64,000 nucleotides of DNA from a virus (lineage: Duplodnaviria > Caudoviricetes). The notes below the pieces were generated by a model. The model worked only from the letters and a program-made list of their open reading frames with translations. It was not told the DNA's origin and ran no database searches. The number at the start of each line of letters is the position of its first letter. Within the stretch, counting starts at the first letter, position 1. Positions 45,101-53,373 of the stretch are shown one piece after another. The position numbers were made by a program, and so were the translations under genes. The stretch spans positions 9,729 to 73,728 of the IMG/VR virus record IMGVR_UViG_3300033074_000977. One strand, given 5' to 3'.

Positions 45101-47233
45101 TGCGGCGTCACCAGCTGTGCCGATATAGCTACCTTCGTCGATCTTAGCCCCCTGGACGTTGTTCAACCGCAACCCGATAGTATAACCGGTAGGGGTACCG
45201 TTCGCGCCAACGTTCGAGTTTAGGAAGCTAAACCCACGCACTGAACTGGCCATCACTGCTGCGCCACCTGAACCACCGTTCCCTTCCACCCAGATCGATC
45301 GATGTGTAATCTGGTCGGAGTTCTCGTACAGCGCTGCGTAAACCTCATCGCCAGTGGTGGAGTTCGTCCAGTTCCCTTGCCAAGTGCCACCGTCGATGGT
45401 GATGTTATTAGCGTTGTTGGTGTAAACCTGCGCGAACGCGCGTGGGTAGAGGGTAGCTGTGAGTCCGGTTGTGGCAATCCACGGGGGTTGCGATACCTCA
45501 AAGGATGTGCTGCTGATAATGCGTGTGATTAAGGCAGTGTGCTCGGTTTGGTTAACTGACGCACCAGTGATCTTGACCAGCCGGTAGAGGTCGGTTGAGC
45601 TGACTGAGCCGGATGTAACAGTGATGACATTGGACGCCGTACCAATGGTTACGCCGGAGGTGTTATGTGCGCCTGCTGTGGTGACTGTAATAGTACGACG
45701 CTGGTTTGACGGCAGCACTGTGGAGTACTGAAAAAACGTATCTCGGATTGTGTTGGCGTTAGGTTCGGTTTGTGATCCCAAGCCTCTTACATTGGACGTG
45801 GCTGGAAGAAAAATCCCGTTGTTACAGTAATAGCAGCTAAAATCCTTGATCGAACTAGACTGCATGTTATCCGAGATAATCCCATACTTGAACCCAATCC
45901 CGCGCACCTTGTCGAGCTTAACTGCGGTTGCGCCAGACTGCGGCACCCCCTCCGAGTTGTACTGATCCGATTGCAGATATAGCGCAGCACCGGTATCAGT
46001 GTAATCCGGAGTTTGCAACTGGTAGCGGTTCGCGTGAAACAGGCCGATATTGCGCAGGTTGAGATTAAGTAAGTTAGTTCCGGCTGCTTTAAGTAAATGG
46101 CCTGGACCCGTCATGATAAACGCAGACCGGTATTCAGCCGACCCTTCGATTATCCATTGTTCGTTGCGGGCTTCGGAGGGACTTGGGATGGCTAGCGCGT
46201 AAGGGTGCGCGGAGTCATAGTCGTAGAATGAACTAACTGGAATCCAGCCATCTGGTAATTGAAGCGTGCCGGAAGTATATGTATTGAAGAACACTCGCAG
46301 CGCTGCGGTGTCATCGTGCTGAATAAAGTCAATCGAATTTGCGTTACTAACTGCGGGCGTAAAGGTTAAGGTATTCCCGCTGACCGCCGTAACCGTTGCA
46401 ATTAGATCCACCCCATTGCTCACCCCATCCGGTATGCGGATCCCTTGACCCACTTTCCATGTGTTAAGTGAGTTGGCGTAGTAGCGTAAGGGGTAGTAGG
46501 ATTGGGTGGAGGTATCTGCGGTCGGTCCAAGATTAACAGTCTCCGCAGTAATCCCGGTCATCGTGACTGAGGTAGCACCTACCGCAATCAACCCGGTCAC
46601 TAGGTATAGCCGGGGATCTGCTGACACCCCCAGATCAGTGACCGCGTTATACACCCCGGTCGGAGTGCGCTTCGTCGACAAGCTACTTGCGGTACGGGCA
46701 GCATCATCCACCGCCGTCAGAAAAGGATTCGGCAGGTCGATCTTATTCCGCTGGGGATCCAGAGTAGTACCTAGATTGCTCAGCTGCAACGTCCCGGCAC
46801 CCAATGCCAAATCTGTCCGCCAGAAGAATGGTGTAGTTATATTATTTGGTGCGGTACCGCCACTTAACTGCACATCAAGTCGCTGCGCAACGGAGCTGTA
46901 GAACTCGAAGTAGCCATTTGCATCGGCTGTGAATGGATTGGACTTAGCTCCATACGAGCTATTACTATAGATAGTTTGCAGCGTCGAAGTGCCTGTTCGG
47001 TAAACTGTAACAGTACAGCTCGGGTAGGATTTCTGCACCGTAGTCGTGCTGGTCTGACCTGCTGTAGTAACTTTCTGCCCGCCCCGTTCGCAGTAACCGG
47101 ATACCTTTTCGACGGTAGTTTGGGCATGGGCAACCGTTGCAAGGGAGGATGATCCGAGGGGGATGTTACACGTGAAAGAGACGGTTAAAAGTAATACACA
47201 GGCTATGAGCAGCCAGCACAGACTACGGTACAT
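42104..47233 (-). CDS. long tail fibre/tailspike (1709 aa) with signal peptide
   Basis: SNPFTADANGYFEFY anchor-like domain, beta-helix (HDDTAALRVF), CBM-like domain, G/T-rich fibre repeats, C-terminal LPAA...KKIDGG..SNGTNWYV domain; AHA|QT. Confidence 0.8.
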   Translation of the reverse strand: MYRSLCWLLIACVLLLTVSFTCNIPLGSSSLATVAHAQTTVEKVSGYCERGGQKVTTAGQTSTTTVQKSYPSCTVTVYRTGTSTLQTIYSNSSYGAKSNPFTADANGYFEFYSSVAQRLDVQLSGGTAPNNITTPFFWRTDLALGAGTLQLSNLGTTLDPQRNKIDLPNPFLTAVDDAARTASSLSTKRTPTGVYNAVTDLGVSADPRLYLVTGLIAVGATSVTMTGITAETVNLGPTADTSTQSYYPLRYYANSLNTWKVGQGIRIPDGVSNGVDLIATVTAVSGNTLTFTPAVSNANSIDFIQHDDTAALRVFFNTYTSGTLQLPDGWIPVSSFYDYDSAHPYALAIPSPSEARNEQWIIEGSAEYRSAFIMTGPGHLLKAAGTNLLNLNLRNIGLFHANRYQLQTPDYTDTGAALYLQSDQYNSEGVPQSGATAVKLDKVRGIGFKYGIISDNMQSSSIKDFSCYYCNNGIFLPATSNVRGLGSQTEPNANTIRDTFFQYSTVLPSNQRRTITVTTAGAHNTSGVTIGTASNVITVTSGSVSSTDLYRLVKITGASVNQTEHTALITRIISSTSFEVSQPPWIATTGLTATLYPRAFAQVYTNNANNITIDGGTWQGNWTNSTTGDEVYAALYENSDQITHRSIWVEGNGGSGGAAVMASSVRGFSFLNSNVGANGTPTGYTIGLRLNNVQGAKIDEGSYIGTAGDAAADIYLENGTRGVTVDNTTLTSPQSILYGNTIDSTPDFYPPKIGLGVRYLEGTNSGPAYDTADLYSTVFGRGLLLNGAFARGLTSWTQTAPGALTAVNAGTDRGLRYIEVAPTTGGGNAYAEQMSQTINVPDGVAEHQTVTLGFDFYIVSRGADAITSGATYNELRVKLIPSVGTTGQFGYNPSAAQGRIIERWERGSITTRIGAGTGRTLKVQIECGQGANAAVFRVANFRLLYGTKATYDEDEPITELRGGTLQSNAVLTLVNGIGTGTRTVCVDANGVVNSFGCGGGGGGGGTVTSVGLALGTTGTAPNLSGTNPITGSGTITLNLNDACTTCAQGLVNNGTQSYAGAKTFTSTLSTTSINPTSDNLYALGTSALRWSEVNVGPGSIYVRNDNTNTTYGKLGFNSTTFTISTDSTTPLQIVNGSNGIGMSTTGVVTAVGTGGISTAALTTGTLGLTRGGTGQGTWAANEVLVGTGVNTGALKTLPSCSNATTSKLLYDNGTQTFSCGTDQTGAGGTGITTLNGLTADPQTFTNDTNVTIVSGGSAHVLTWAGTLAVSRGGSGAATLTGILLGNGTSAFTGLTTSAGISGALSDETGSGALVFGTSPTITGGSITAVTNLSTFNSGTGAFSIRFLANETLTANRILTIQVQDAARRLSLGGDLVTTGALTTAGAFTTAGAFATSGAYSLTLTTTNNTNVTLPTSGTLLATATTVSSNAATGPSFTNSSNGNAATSEFDFVNDTGNYLRVGIRSSGFATSGPTVAEQVFIQSESLATAGIFINANTSGAKITNGVNNVALTTLNATGLGIGTTSPSTKLHVVGTGFISSTTQIGGVLSSYGLEFSYDATGNTKAYLANIYPNDNATVILRTKTSGSTNVDTLAASSTGVAITGSLSVSQGFGVGLRSSTSATVTATTTDTTILCDPTSASQTVNLPAASTMSGRILVVKKIDGGVNTVTIDGNSTETIDGNLTIVLSSAYEGVAIQSNGTNWYVISRF

Positions 47234-47300
47234 GGGGGATCTCCGTGAGGTAAGTCAGTGGAACGCTATGTGATAGCTGGAATTTTACTGTCCGCAGCTA

Positions 47301-47630
47301 TCAGCGCCAATTAAACGATGTATGCTTCGGTGAATCAATCGGATCCGTCATACCGCGCTCGCTGTTGCCGACCTTCTCGAACGCAGCACCGGGCATTGCC
47401 AGCGGTTCCACGTCGATGGAGTCAATCGCGGACATCGCAGCCTTACCACTGTAGGGTACCATTGTGACTACTTGGTTAGGGTCTTGCACCGGAATGGACA
47501 GCGGCGCGGCGGGCATCGACGGGAGGTTAGTAGCTCCCGGGACGCCATTCGTGTGGTTCGGCCAATCTTTAACCGGGAACGGCATCTCGGTCATCTTGGA
47601 ATCTTCCCAGCCGTATGGTTTCAGTGACAT
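47301..47630 (-). CDS. Pro-rich hypothetical protein (109 aa)
   Basis: AAGGAG RBS. Confidence 0.65.
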   Translation of the reverse strand: MSLKPYGWEDSKMTEMPFPVKDWPNHTNGVPGATNLPSMPAAPLSIPVQDPNQVVTMVPYSGKAAMSAIDSIDVEPLAMPGAAFEKVGNSERGMTDPIDSPKHTSFNWR

Positions 47631-47651
47631 AGTAAGTAACTCCTTTGGTTG

Positions 47652-47714
47652 AAAAATGGGGTAGCAACACAGTGTTATGAAGCTAACTCTTTGGAACCCA
47701 CCCGTTGCTACCCC
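47652..47714 (-). terminator. intrinsic terminator with an inner AGCTTCAT-loop hairpin
   Basis: GGGGTAGCAAC/GTTGCTACCCC 11-bp stem, T5 tract on the - strand. Confidence 0.7.
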
Positions 47715-47784
47715 TTATCAGGAGGTTCACCCGTGGAGAGAATTATCGTGCAAGGGACATGCTGGAGTCAAGGGGTTTACAAGG

Positions 47785-48945
47785 TCAGCCTGGGTAGCCA
47801 CCGATAAACACCCGGTTGGGATCCAGCATAAAACTACCGTCACCGTACCCTTGCGAATTCGGGCGTGGTGGTTGCAGAGCTTCCATGCCGTATCTCCCCT
47901 GACCAGGATCCATATTGCTATCCTTCGACCATAACTCGTCATCCTGCATGATCGCTTGGTCGAGGAGTTTGGTGTAGCGCAGAGTGTCCACTTGGATATG
48001 TTTGAACCAGTCGGTAGATTTTAACTCCATCCGGGTGGCTTTGTTACGGTCGCACCATTGGGCAGCTTTTACCCTGGCTAGCGAGAGAATTAGGTCGGTA
48101 GTAAAGGGCGCTGGTAAGGTGCCTTCGCGCGAGTTGTAAACCTCGCTCAGCTCGCCGCCGTTGGTCATGTACTGGCATTCGTAAATTAGGTTCGCGCTGC
48201 CGTTATATGCTGGATAGATTTGGAACCTAGGCATACCCGCATAGAGCGGCCCGTCTACAGCTACACCCGGGAAGTCTGGCCCAACCGGGTCGAGTGGATG
48301 CAGGGATCGTGGGTAAGCCGTAGCTTGATAGCCAGGGGAATTTGGTGCGGCAGCTGGAATGTAGTATAGCTTATCCTGCGCCGTGGTGGAACTGCTACTT
48401 ACCTTACGGATAGTAATGAAATGCCGGAAGGTCCAATCCTCACGGATGCCGTAGGTGTCGCCTACTGCCGGTGGGGTAGCTTCATCGAATTCAGGAATGG
48501 AGTAGTACGGTGCGAGACAGTAAGCTTTTACGATGCTAAACGACGCGCTTGCGGCGGTATCACCGAAGTATGGTCTATCCAATACTACCTTCAAGTCAGC
48601 GCTGTACCACCTAGCAATATGGTAAGGTCTGCCATCCGGTGCAATGATCGTCATTCGGGCAGCTTGGAGTTGCGGTAACGCGTCTAAGTAAGTCTGCGTG
48701 GCAGCGTTTACTACCACTAACCGGGATCCGCTGGTGAAATTCGCCGACCCTGACGTAAACCCAGCTGGAAAACTCAGCCAACCCACGCGCTTTAACCCAT
48801 ACCACGGACGCTCAGCACACAGCTCCCGATAAGCTTCTTGAACTAATGCAAGATCCAGTTCCGGGGGTAGGGAATTGGCAAAGTCCTGGCGTAACCGGCT
48901 ACCAAGGTTAATCAGTGGACTGTTACGTGTAAGTTCTATTGCCAT
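47785..48945 (-). CDS. putative head completion/adaptor protein
   Basis: Helical N-terminus, FTSGSANFTSGS beta insert, FQIYP motif; downstream of the capsid genes. Confidence 0.55.
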   Translation of the reverse strand: MAIELTRNSPLINLGSRLRQDFANSLPPELDLALVQEAYRELCAERPWYGLKRVGWLSFPAGFTSGSANFTSGSRLVVVNAATQTYLDALPQLQAARMTIIAPDGRPYHIARWYSADLKVVLDRPYFGDTAASASFSIVKAYCLAPYYSIPEFDEATPPAVGDTYGIREDWTFRHFITIRKVSSSSTTAQDKLYYIPAAAPNSPGYQATAYPRSLHPLDPVGPDFPGVAVDGPLYAGMPRFQIYPAYNGSANLIYECQYMTNGGELSEVYNSREGTLPAPFTTDLILSLARVKAAQWCDRNKATRMELKSTDWFKHIQVDTLRYTKLLDQAIMQDDELWSKDSNMDPGQGRYGMEALQPPRPNSQGYGDGSFMLDPNRVFIGGYPG

Positions 48946-49126
48946 AATTCCGCCTTGAAGAACTGGATCCTTGCTTAGCTGTGCGCAAGGTTAAGGATTA
49001 TATTTCTATCCGTGAATTCGCTCATCCCTGCAACGTAGACTCGCGCGTTCTCGGCCTCCCCAGGAATCCTTAACCTATGCGCACGGGGATTGGTGATGGT
49101 TATACGAGGTAGTATAGCGGTTACGC

Positions 49127-49465
49127 TTACGCCCCGTGAACAACCATCTGAAACGTAATCGCGGACAGGTCGGTTGTGGCAGCAGCTTCCTCGCCGTCAG
49201 CCATATCGGTAACGATAACCTTACCGTCATCCTGACCTTCCCCGCGACCATTCGGCATATACAAATCAGCTTTCCACAATCCTTGACCGGATGCGTTATA
49301 GCCGATTGCTGTAGTGGCTCCCCAGAACCACACCAAGCCGAAGTTTCGCGCGTAGACCGTTTCCCCGTACTGTGTGTACGAGGCCGGTCCTTTGAACGAA
49401 ACCAGAGCGTGTTGTGCCCCAGGGCTACCCTTGACCATTTTATGGATCTTGACATCAGTTAACAT
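49127..49465 (-). CDS. small virion protein (112 aa)
   Basis: GPASYTQYGE motif; GGAGG RBS; capsid operon. Confidence 0.6.
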   Translation of the reverse strand: MLTDVKIHKMVKGSPGAQHALVSFKGPASYTQYGETVYARNFGLVWFWGATTAIGYNASGQGLWKADLYMPNGRGEGQDDGKVIVTDMADGEEAAATTDLSAITFQMVVHGA

Positions 49466-49482
49466 AGTGCTTCAGATCCTCC

Positions 49483-50157
49483 TTAGATCATGCGGAGTTT
49501 CGGTTGGATGTAGGTCCGCACCAAGCCGCCGTTGGAGAGCGTGGCGATAACCTTACCAACTTCGGTGCCCAGGATCAGGTTAGTGACTGCGGTGGCATCA
49601 GCCAAGCCATCAATCACACCCAAGCTGGAGTCGCTAACGGCGTAGACCGGTTTGCCTGCCGTGGATGCGTTCGTGACCGTAGCCTTGCAACGTGCTTCCA
49701 CGTCACCCAGGTTGACGATCAGGCAGTAGTCGCCTTTGTTAGTCGGGGTCCAGAGATATACGCCGACAGCGTTGCCAACGTTAGTATCAGGGTCAGGTGT
49801 TACAACGAACCCGGTACGATCCGACATAAACGCCAGCTTACCCGCTGCCGGCGCACCGGTGGACGATGACAACCCTTTGACGAGCTGGATCCGGCAACCG
49901 CCGAAGTTCAGCAAGGTAGCCTGTTCAGCAGCTGTCAGGGATTTGTAAATCTCAGCCCGCACCGCTGCGGCTGAGAACATCCCACCAGTTTGACTACCAA
50001 CCTCGAATTCCTGCCCTAACGCACCGGGGATCCAATCACCGGATACGCGTGTCGCGGCACCCGTAGCATACGCGCCTTGCGGCAGGATACCGGTACCACC
50101 AATTGCACCCCAATTCCCCGGGGCCGGGAGTTTCAAACTACGAAGTGAAATCAACAT
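49483..50157 (-). CDS. capsid decoration/cement protein
   Basis: Follows the MCP; G/A-rich with AVGVYL..GDYCLIV..G motif. Confidence 0.6.
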   Translation of the reverse strand: MLISLRSLKLPAPGNWGAIGGTGILPQGAYATGAATRVSGDWIPGALGQEFEVGSQTGGMFSAAAVRAEIYKSLTAAEQATLLNFGGCRIQLVKGLSSSTGAPAAGKLAFMSDRTGFVVTPDPDTNVGNAVGVYLWTPTNKGDYCLIVNLGDVEARCKATVTNASTAGKPVYAVSDSSLGVIDGLADATAVTNLILGTEVGKVIATLSNGGLVRTYIQPKLRMI

Positions 50158-50194
50158 ATAAACTAACTCCTTTACTCCAAGTTATTGTGGTTAA

Positions 50195-51382
50195 TTAGAT
50201 CACCGGTTGTAGACCGTAACCTTGACGGTTCAGGCGTGGTTCGAGGCAACGCGCGTTACCCGCGAAGTGGATGCGACCGATTACGCGAGTCGTTAACGGA
50301 TGCGTCATCCAGCCCGAGAAACCCATCGAAAACAGCGGAGATGCAGAGATGTCGAACAACCAAGAATCGCTGTTCAAAGCCCACATCGTATCGCCTACGG
50401 TGAGGACGGTACTGGTAGCGGGTTTTTGGAACGCAAACTCAGCGCTGATGTTGTCATAAGCAGTACCCGCACCTGGGAGGGTGACAGTTTTGTTCAGGGT
50501 GTTGAAGTTACCGTAACCGACATCCGCACCGCGCAGGCCCGGAGCGTACTCATCAGCTACGATCAAGGCTTGCTGGAACTTGGTGCCGCCGATCACACCC
50601 CAGTAAGGATCGCGCTCGGATTGGACCAGCTGCTTGCCTTCGAGGACTGACCGGATACCGGCTGTGACGCCTTTGGTGGTGACGATCAGATCGGGGGATT
50701 GAGAACCCACGGTCGGGCCGTTGTAGCCGCCAGTGTACAGAGCTTCCAGTTCCTCGTAAGTCAGACGCTTGGTGCCACCGTTCGTGTCGCCCATCCAGCG
50801 GGGGATGGAGTTGAGGGCACGACCGACTTCCGAGCGGGACTGACCGCCATAGCTGGTCCAGACATTCGCGTCGTAGCCAGGAGTAACACCGTCGTTCAAA
50901 GCTTCTGGCATACCGTTGATATGCAGGCTGCGGTCTTCGACAGTCGCACCAAAGCTACCTGCGGAAGTGACGTTCTGACCGTGGAGATACATCATCACGC
51001 CGAGACGGGCAGAGAGCGAACTGATCGCAGCGCCGACCTGGACATCCAAAGTATTAGCCACGTTCAGCGATGAATCGCCCTGGACAACTTCGAGATTTTC
51101 GAGAAGATCCAGCAGCAACGCCACGTAGAACTTCGGATAGAAGTTATTGCTGGCGATGATCTGACGGCGGATGGGGGTAAATTCACTGCCCGCGCGGTAA
51201 GCATCGGTCTGCACCGCGTCGAACAGGAACTGTTGCTGGATCGTGGTACCGCCCTTGAAGGCGCGGATCATGCCCTTCGCGCGCATATACGCGAGCAGTG
51301 GGGAATTCCCCAAGAAGAAATTATCGCGGATCTTGTTCGGGAAGATCAGCCTGCGAGTTACAATACTAAGTTCATCTAACAT
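50195..51382 (-). CDS. major capsid protein
   Basis: IRDNFF..SPLL, GG..I, PDLIVTT, LNSDSW..; AAGGAG RBS supports the ATG at 51382; between scaffold and decoration genes. Confidence 0.8.
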   Translation of the reverse strand: MLDELSIVTRRLIFPNKIRDNFFLGNSPLLAYMRAKGMIRAFKGGTTIQQQFLFDAVQTDAYRAGSEFTPIRRQIIASNNFYPKFYVALLLDLLENLEVVQGDSSLNVANTLDVQVGAAISSLSARLGVMMYLHGQNVTSAGSFGATVEDRSLHINGMPEALNDGVTPGYDANVWTSYGGQSRSEVGRALNSIPRWMGDTNGGTKRLTYEELEALYTGGYNGPTVGSQSPDLIVTTKGVTAGIRSVLEGKQLVQSERDPYWGVIGGTKFQQALIVADEYAPGLRGADVGYGNFNTLNKTVTLPGAGTAYDNISAEFAFQKPATSTVLTVGDTMWALNSDSWLFDISASPLFSMGFSGWMTHPLTTRVIGRIHFAGNARCLEPRLNRQGYGLQPVI

Positions 51383-51457
51383 TAAACGGCTCCTTATGTT
51401 AAGGGGGAGAGCCACCTGGGGGATCAGGGGGAGTTGCGTTATTTTACAGCAGCTACC

Positions 51458-52741
51458 TTAAACCATCCCGGGCGCTCCCATTGGTCGGGTTGGGTCAAAC
51501 CGTGAGTTAGCAAATCTGCCAGATGCTAACGCAGCTGCCGCGGCTTCCAGGCCGGTTGTGTCAGCAGGATTCGGCGGTGGTGTGGCCGGTTGTTGTTGGG
51601 GTACGGTTGTTGCAGCAGGAGCCGCTTGGGGAGTAAGCGGTTGTTGGGAAACATTACTACCTGGGGATGTATAAGCTTGTCGCAGGCCGTTCGGACGTGC
51701 GGCGATGGCGTCGAAGAGAGGCGTACTGCCGGGGTTCGACGGAATGCCATTGCGGAGACTGCCAGCGGTGGTCATTTCAGCTAGGCGCTGCTGGAGTTTC
51801 TGCTCAGCCGCAGCGTCCACCGCAGATTGAAAATCAGTAGTACGTTTGGCCTCGCGCGCTTCCGAGAGCTTAAACCGGTCTTCCAGGAATTCATTAAACT
51901 GTTTGCCCGAGTTAACGAACTCTTGATTCAACTGGCGCGGGTCGATGTCTTCGCCTTTTAGGGCTTTCCACTCGGCTGCGAAACCTTGCATTTCCAATGC
52001 AGTTTGCGAGGATGCGCCGTAGACTTGGGCCAGCGCAGCGGGTAAGACTTCGCCTAATGCGGCCTGCACGCGCGCGTTGACCAGGGCTTCAAAGTCGGGA
52101 GCAGCTGCGGCAGCAGGTTGCGCTGGAGCTACTGCTGGTTGATATTGTGGTTGCGCGGCAGCCGGTGCCGTCATGGGTAAATACCACTGACCATTCTGCC
52201 ATACCGGCATCGGAGTACCAGCTGGCGGTTGTTGTCCATTTCCATTAGGTGTTGCAGGATCAGGCATTTGATTATCCTCTGGGATGGTAGCCGAACTAGC
52301 TAGCTGGCTCAACCCCCTAAACTGTTGTACTTCGTCGCTGTCTAAAACTAACTCAGTCAGATCCATCTCGTCGAGTCGAGTCCGTAAGGTATCGACCCAT
52401 TGTGCACGGTTGCGAATGTCAATCAGTTGTTGCTGGAGCTGATCGTATTCGCTACGGGCTACGGCGTTCGCTTGCAGGTGTTGCAGTTCCTGTTCGCGTT
52501 GAGCTAGGGCAGTAGCTTGCTGTTGCAGCTGGGTAGCCTCAGCTCGTTGCTCCGAGATAATCCGGCTGTAGTCTCGATGGAGAAGTACTCCGTTGTCAAG
52601 AAACTTTTGCGCTTCGGGTGGAGTATTTTGAATTAGCTCTCCGAAAGTCGCAGTGAATTGCTGCGCTAGGGCTGGATCAGGGATCTTAGCTGCCGCAGCA
52701 GTGATGAAATCGGTAAAAGTTGTTGCAGGTTGTTTCGGCAT
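51458..52741 (-). CDS. capsid scaffolding protein
   Basis: Coiled-coil with P/A/Q-rich segments, directly upstream of the MCP. Confidence 0.65.
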   Translation of the reverse strand: MPKQPATTFTDFITAAAAKIPDPALAQQFTATFGELIQNTPPEAQKFLDNGVLLHRDYSRIISEQRAEATQLQQQATALAQREQELQHLQANAVARSEYDQLQQQLIDIRNRAQWVDTLRTRLDEMDLTELVLDSDEVQQFRGLSQLASSATIPEDNQMPDPATPNGNGQQPPAGTPMPVWQNGQWYLPMTAPAAAQPQYQPAVAPAQPAAAAAPDFEALVNARVQAALGEVLPAALAQVYGASSQTALEMQGFAAEWKALKGEDIDPRQLNQEFVNSGKQFNEFLEDRFKLSEAREAKRTTDFQSAVDAAAEQKLQQRLAEMTTAGSLRNGIPSNPGSTPLFDAIAARPNGLRQAYTSPGSNVSQQPLTPQAAPAATTVPQQQPATPPPNPADTTGLEAAAAALASGRFANSRFDPTRPMGAPGMV

Positions 52742-52755
52742 TACGGGTTAATTCC

Positions 52756-53151
52756 TTAGACAATACTCCTTGGAATACCTCCTTCGGAGAACTTCGCAGC
52801 GATCTGCTGCATACAAGCCATCACTTGGCTACCCGCCGCCTTGAGCTGCTCATCCAGTTCCGGGTATTTCTGTGCGAGGCCAGCTAAACCTTGGAGTACT
52901 GGCATGAACTCCGCGCCGATGGACTGTTGCTGTTGCTGCACGCCTGCTGGATTAACTACAGACGGCGGTAGCATCGGCGAGTTGGCCGGAGCCTGTGGTA
53001 AGTAGTTAGTCGGATTCCGGGGAGGCACCTGTTGCGGGGCGTATTGAGGTGGCCCAGGCTGCGCAAGGGCGGGGTCAGGTGCTGCTCCAGGGGTCATCAC
53101 CGGTTGGCCGTTGGTGGTGAGGGAGTTGTAACGGTCTAGGTATTGTTGCAT
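52756..53151 (-). CDS. Pro/Gln-rich hypothetical protein
   Basis: Coupled to its neighbours in the head operon. Confidence 0.6.
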   Translation of the reverse strand: MQQYLDRYNSLTTNGQPVMTPGAAPDPALAQPGPPQYAPQQVPPRNPTNYLPQAPANSPMLPPSVVNPAGVQQQQQSIGAEFMPVLQGLAGLAQKYPELDEQLKAAGSQVMACMQQIAAKFSEGGIPRSIV

Positions 53152-53369
53152 TAGAACCTTCCTTCCAAAGCTACTGCCGCATTTGCGGCCATTCTAGCTT
53201 CAGCTAGCTTGCGTATAGCTACGGTAGCACCGGGACCAGCAGGCATCACAGCGTCAATTTGCTTGGCACATTCCAGCATTGCATCATTGATAAGTTCGTA
53301 TTTGATACGCTGAGCTTCTGTCGGCGCGTGGTAGCAAAAAATGTCTTCGAGTTGTTCGTGCGTCATCAT
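53151..53369 (-). CDS. Acb2/Tad1-hairpin-like small protein
   Basis: IF.YHAP...Q..KYE.I...A..I...P.....A..KL.EA.M.ANAA.A pattern; GGAGG-like RBS (GGAAG). Confidence 0.55.
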   Translation of the reverse strand: MMTHEQLEDIFCYHAPTEAQRIKYELINDAMLECAKQIDAVMPAGPGATVAIRKLAEARMAANAAVALEGRF

Positions 53370-53373
53370 AGTT

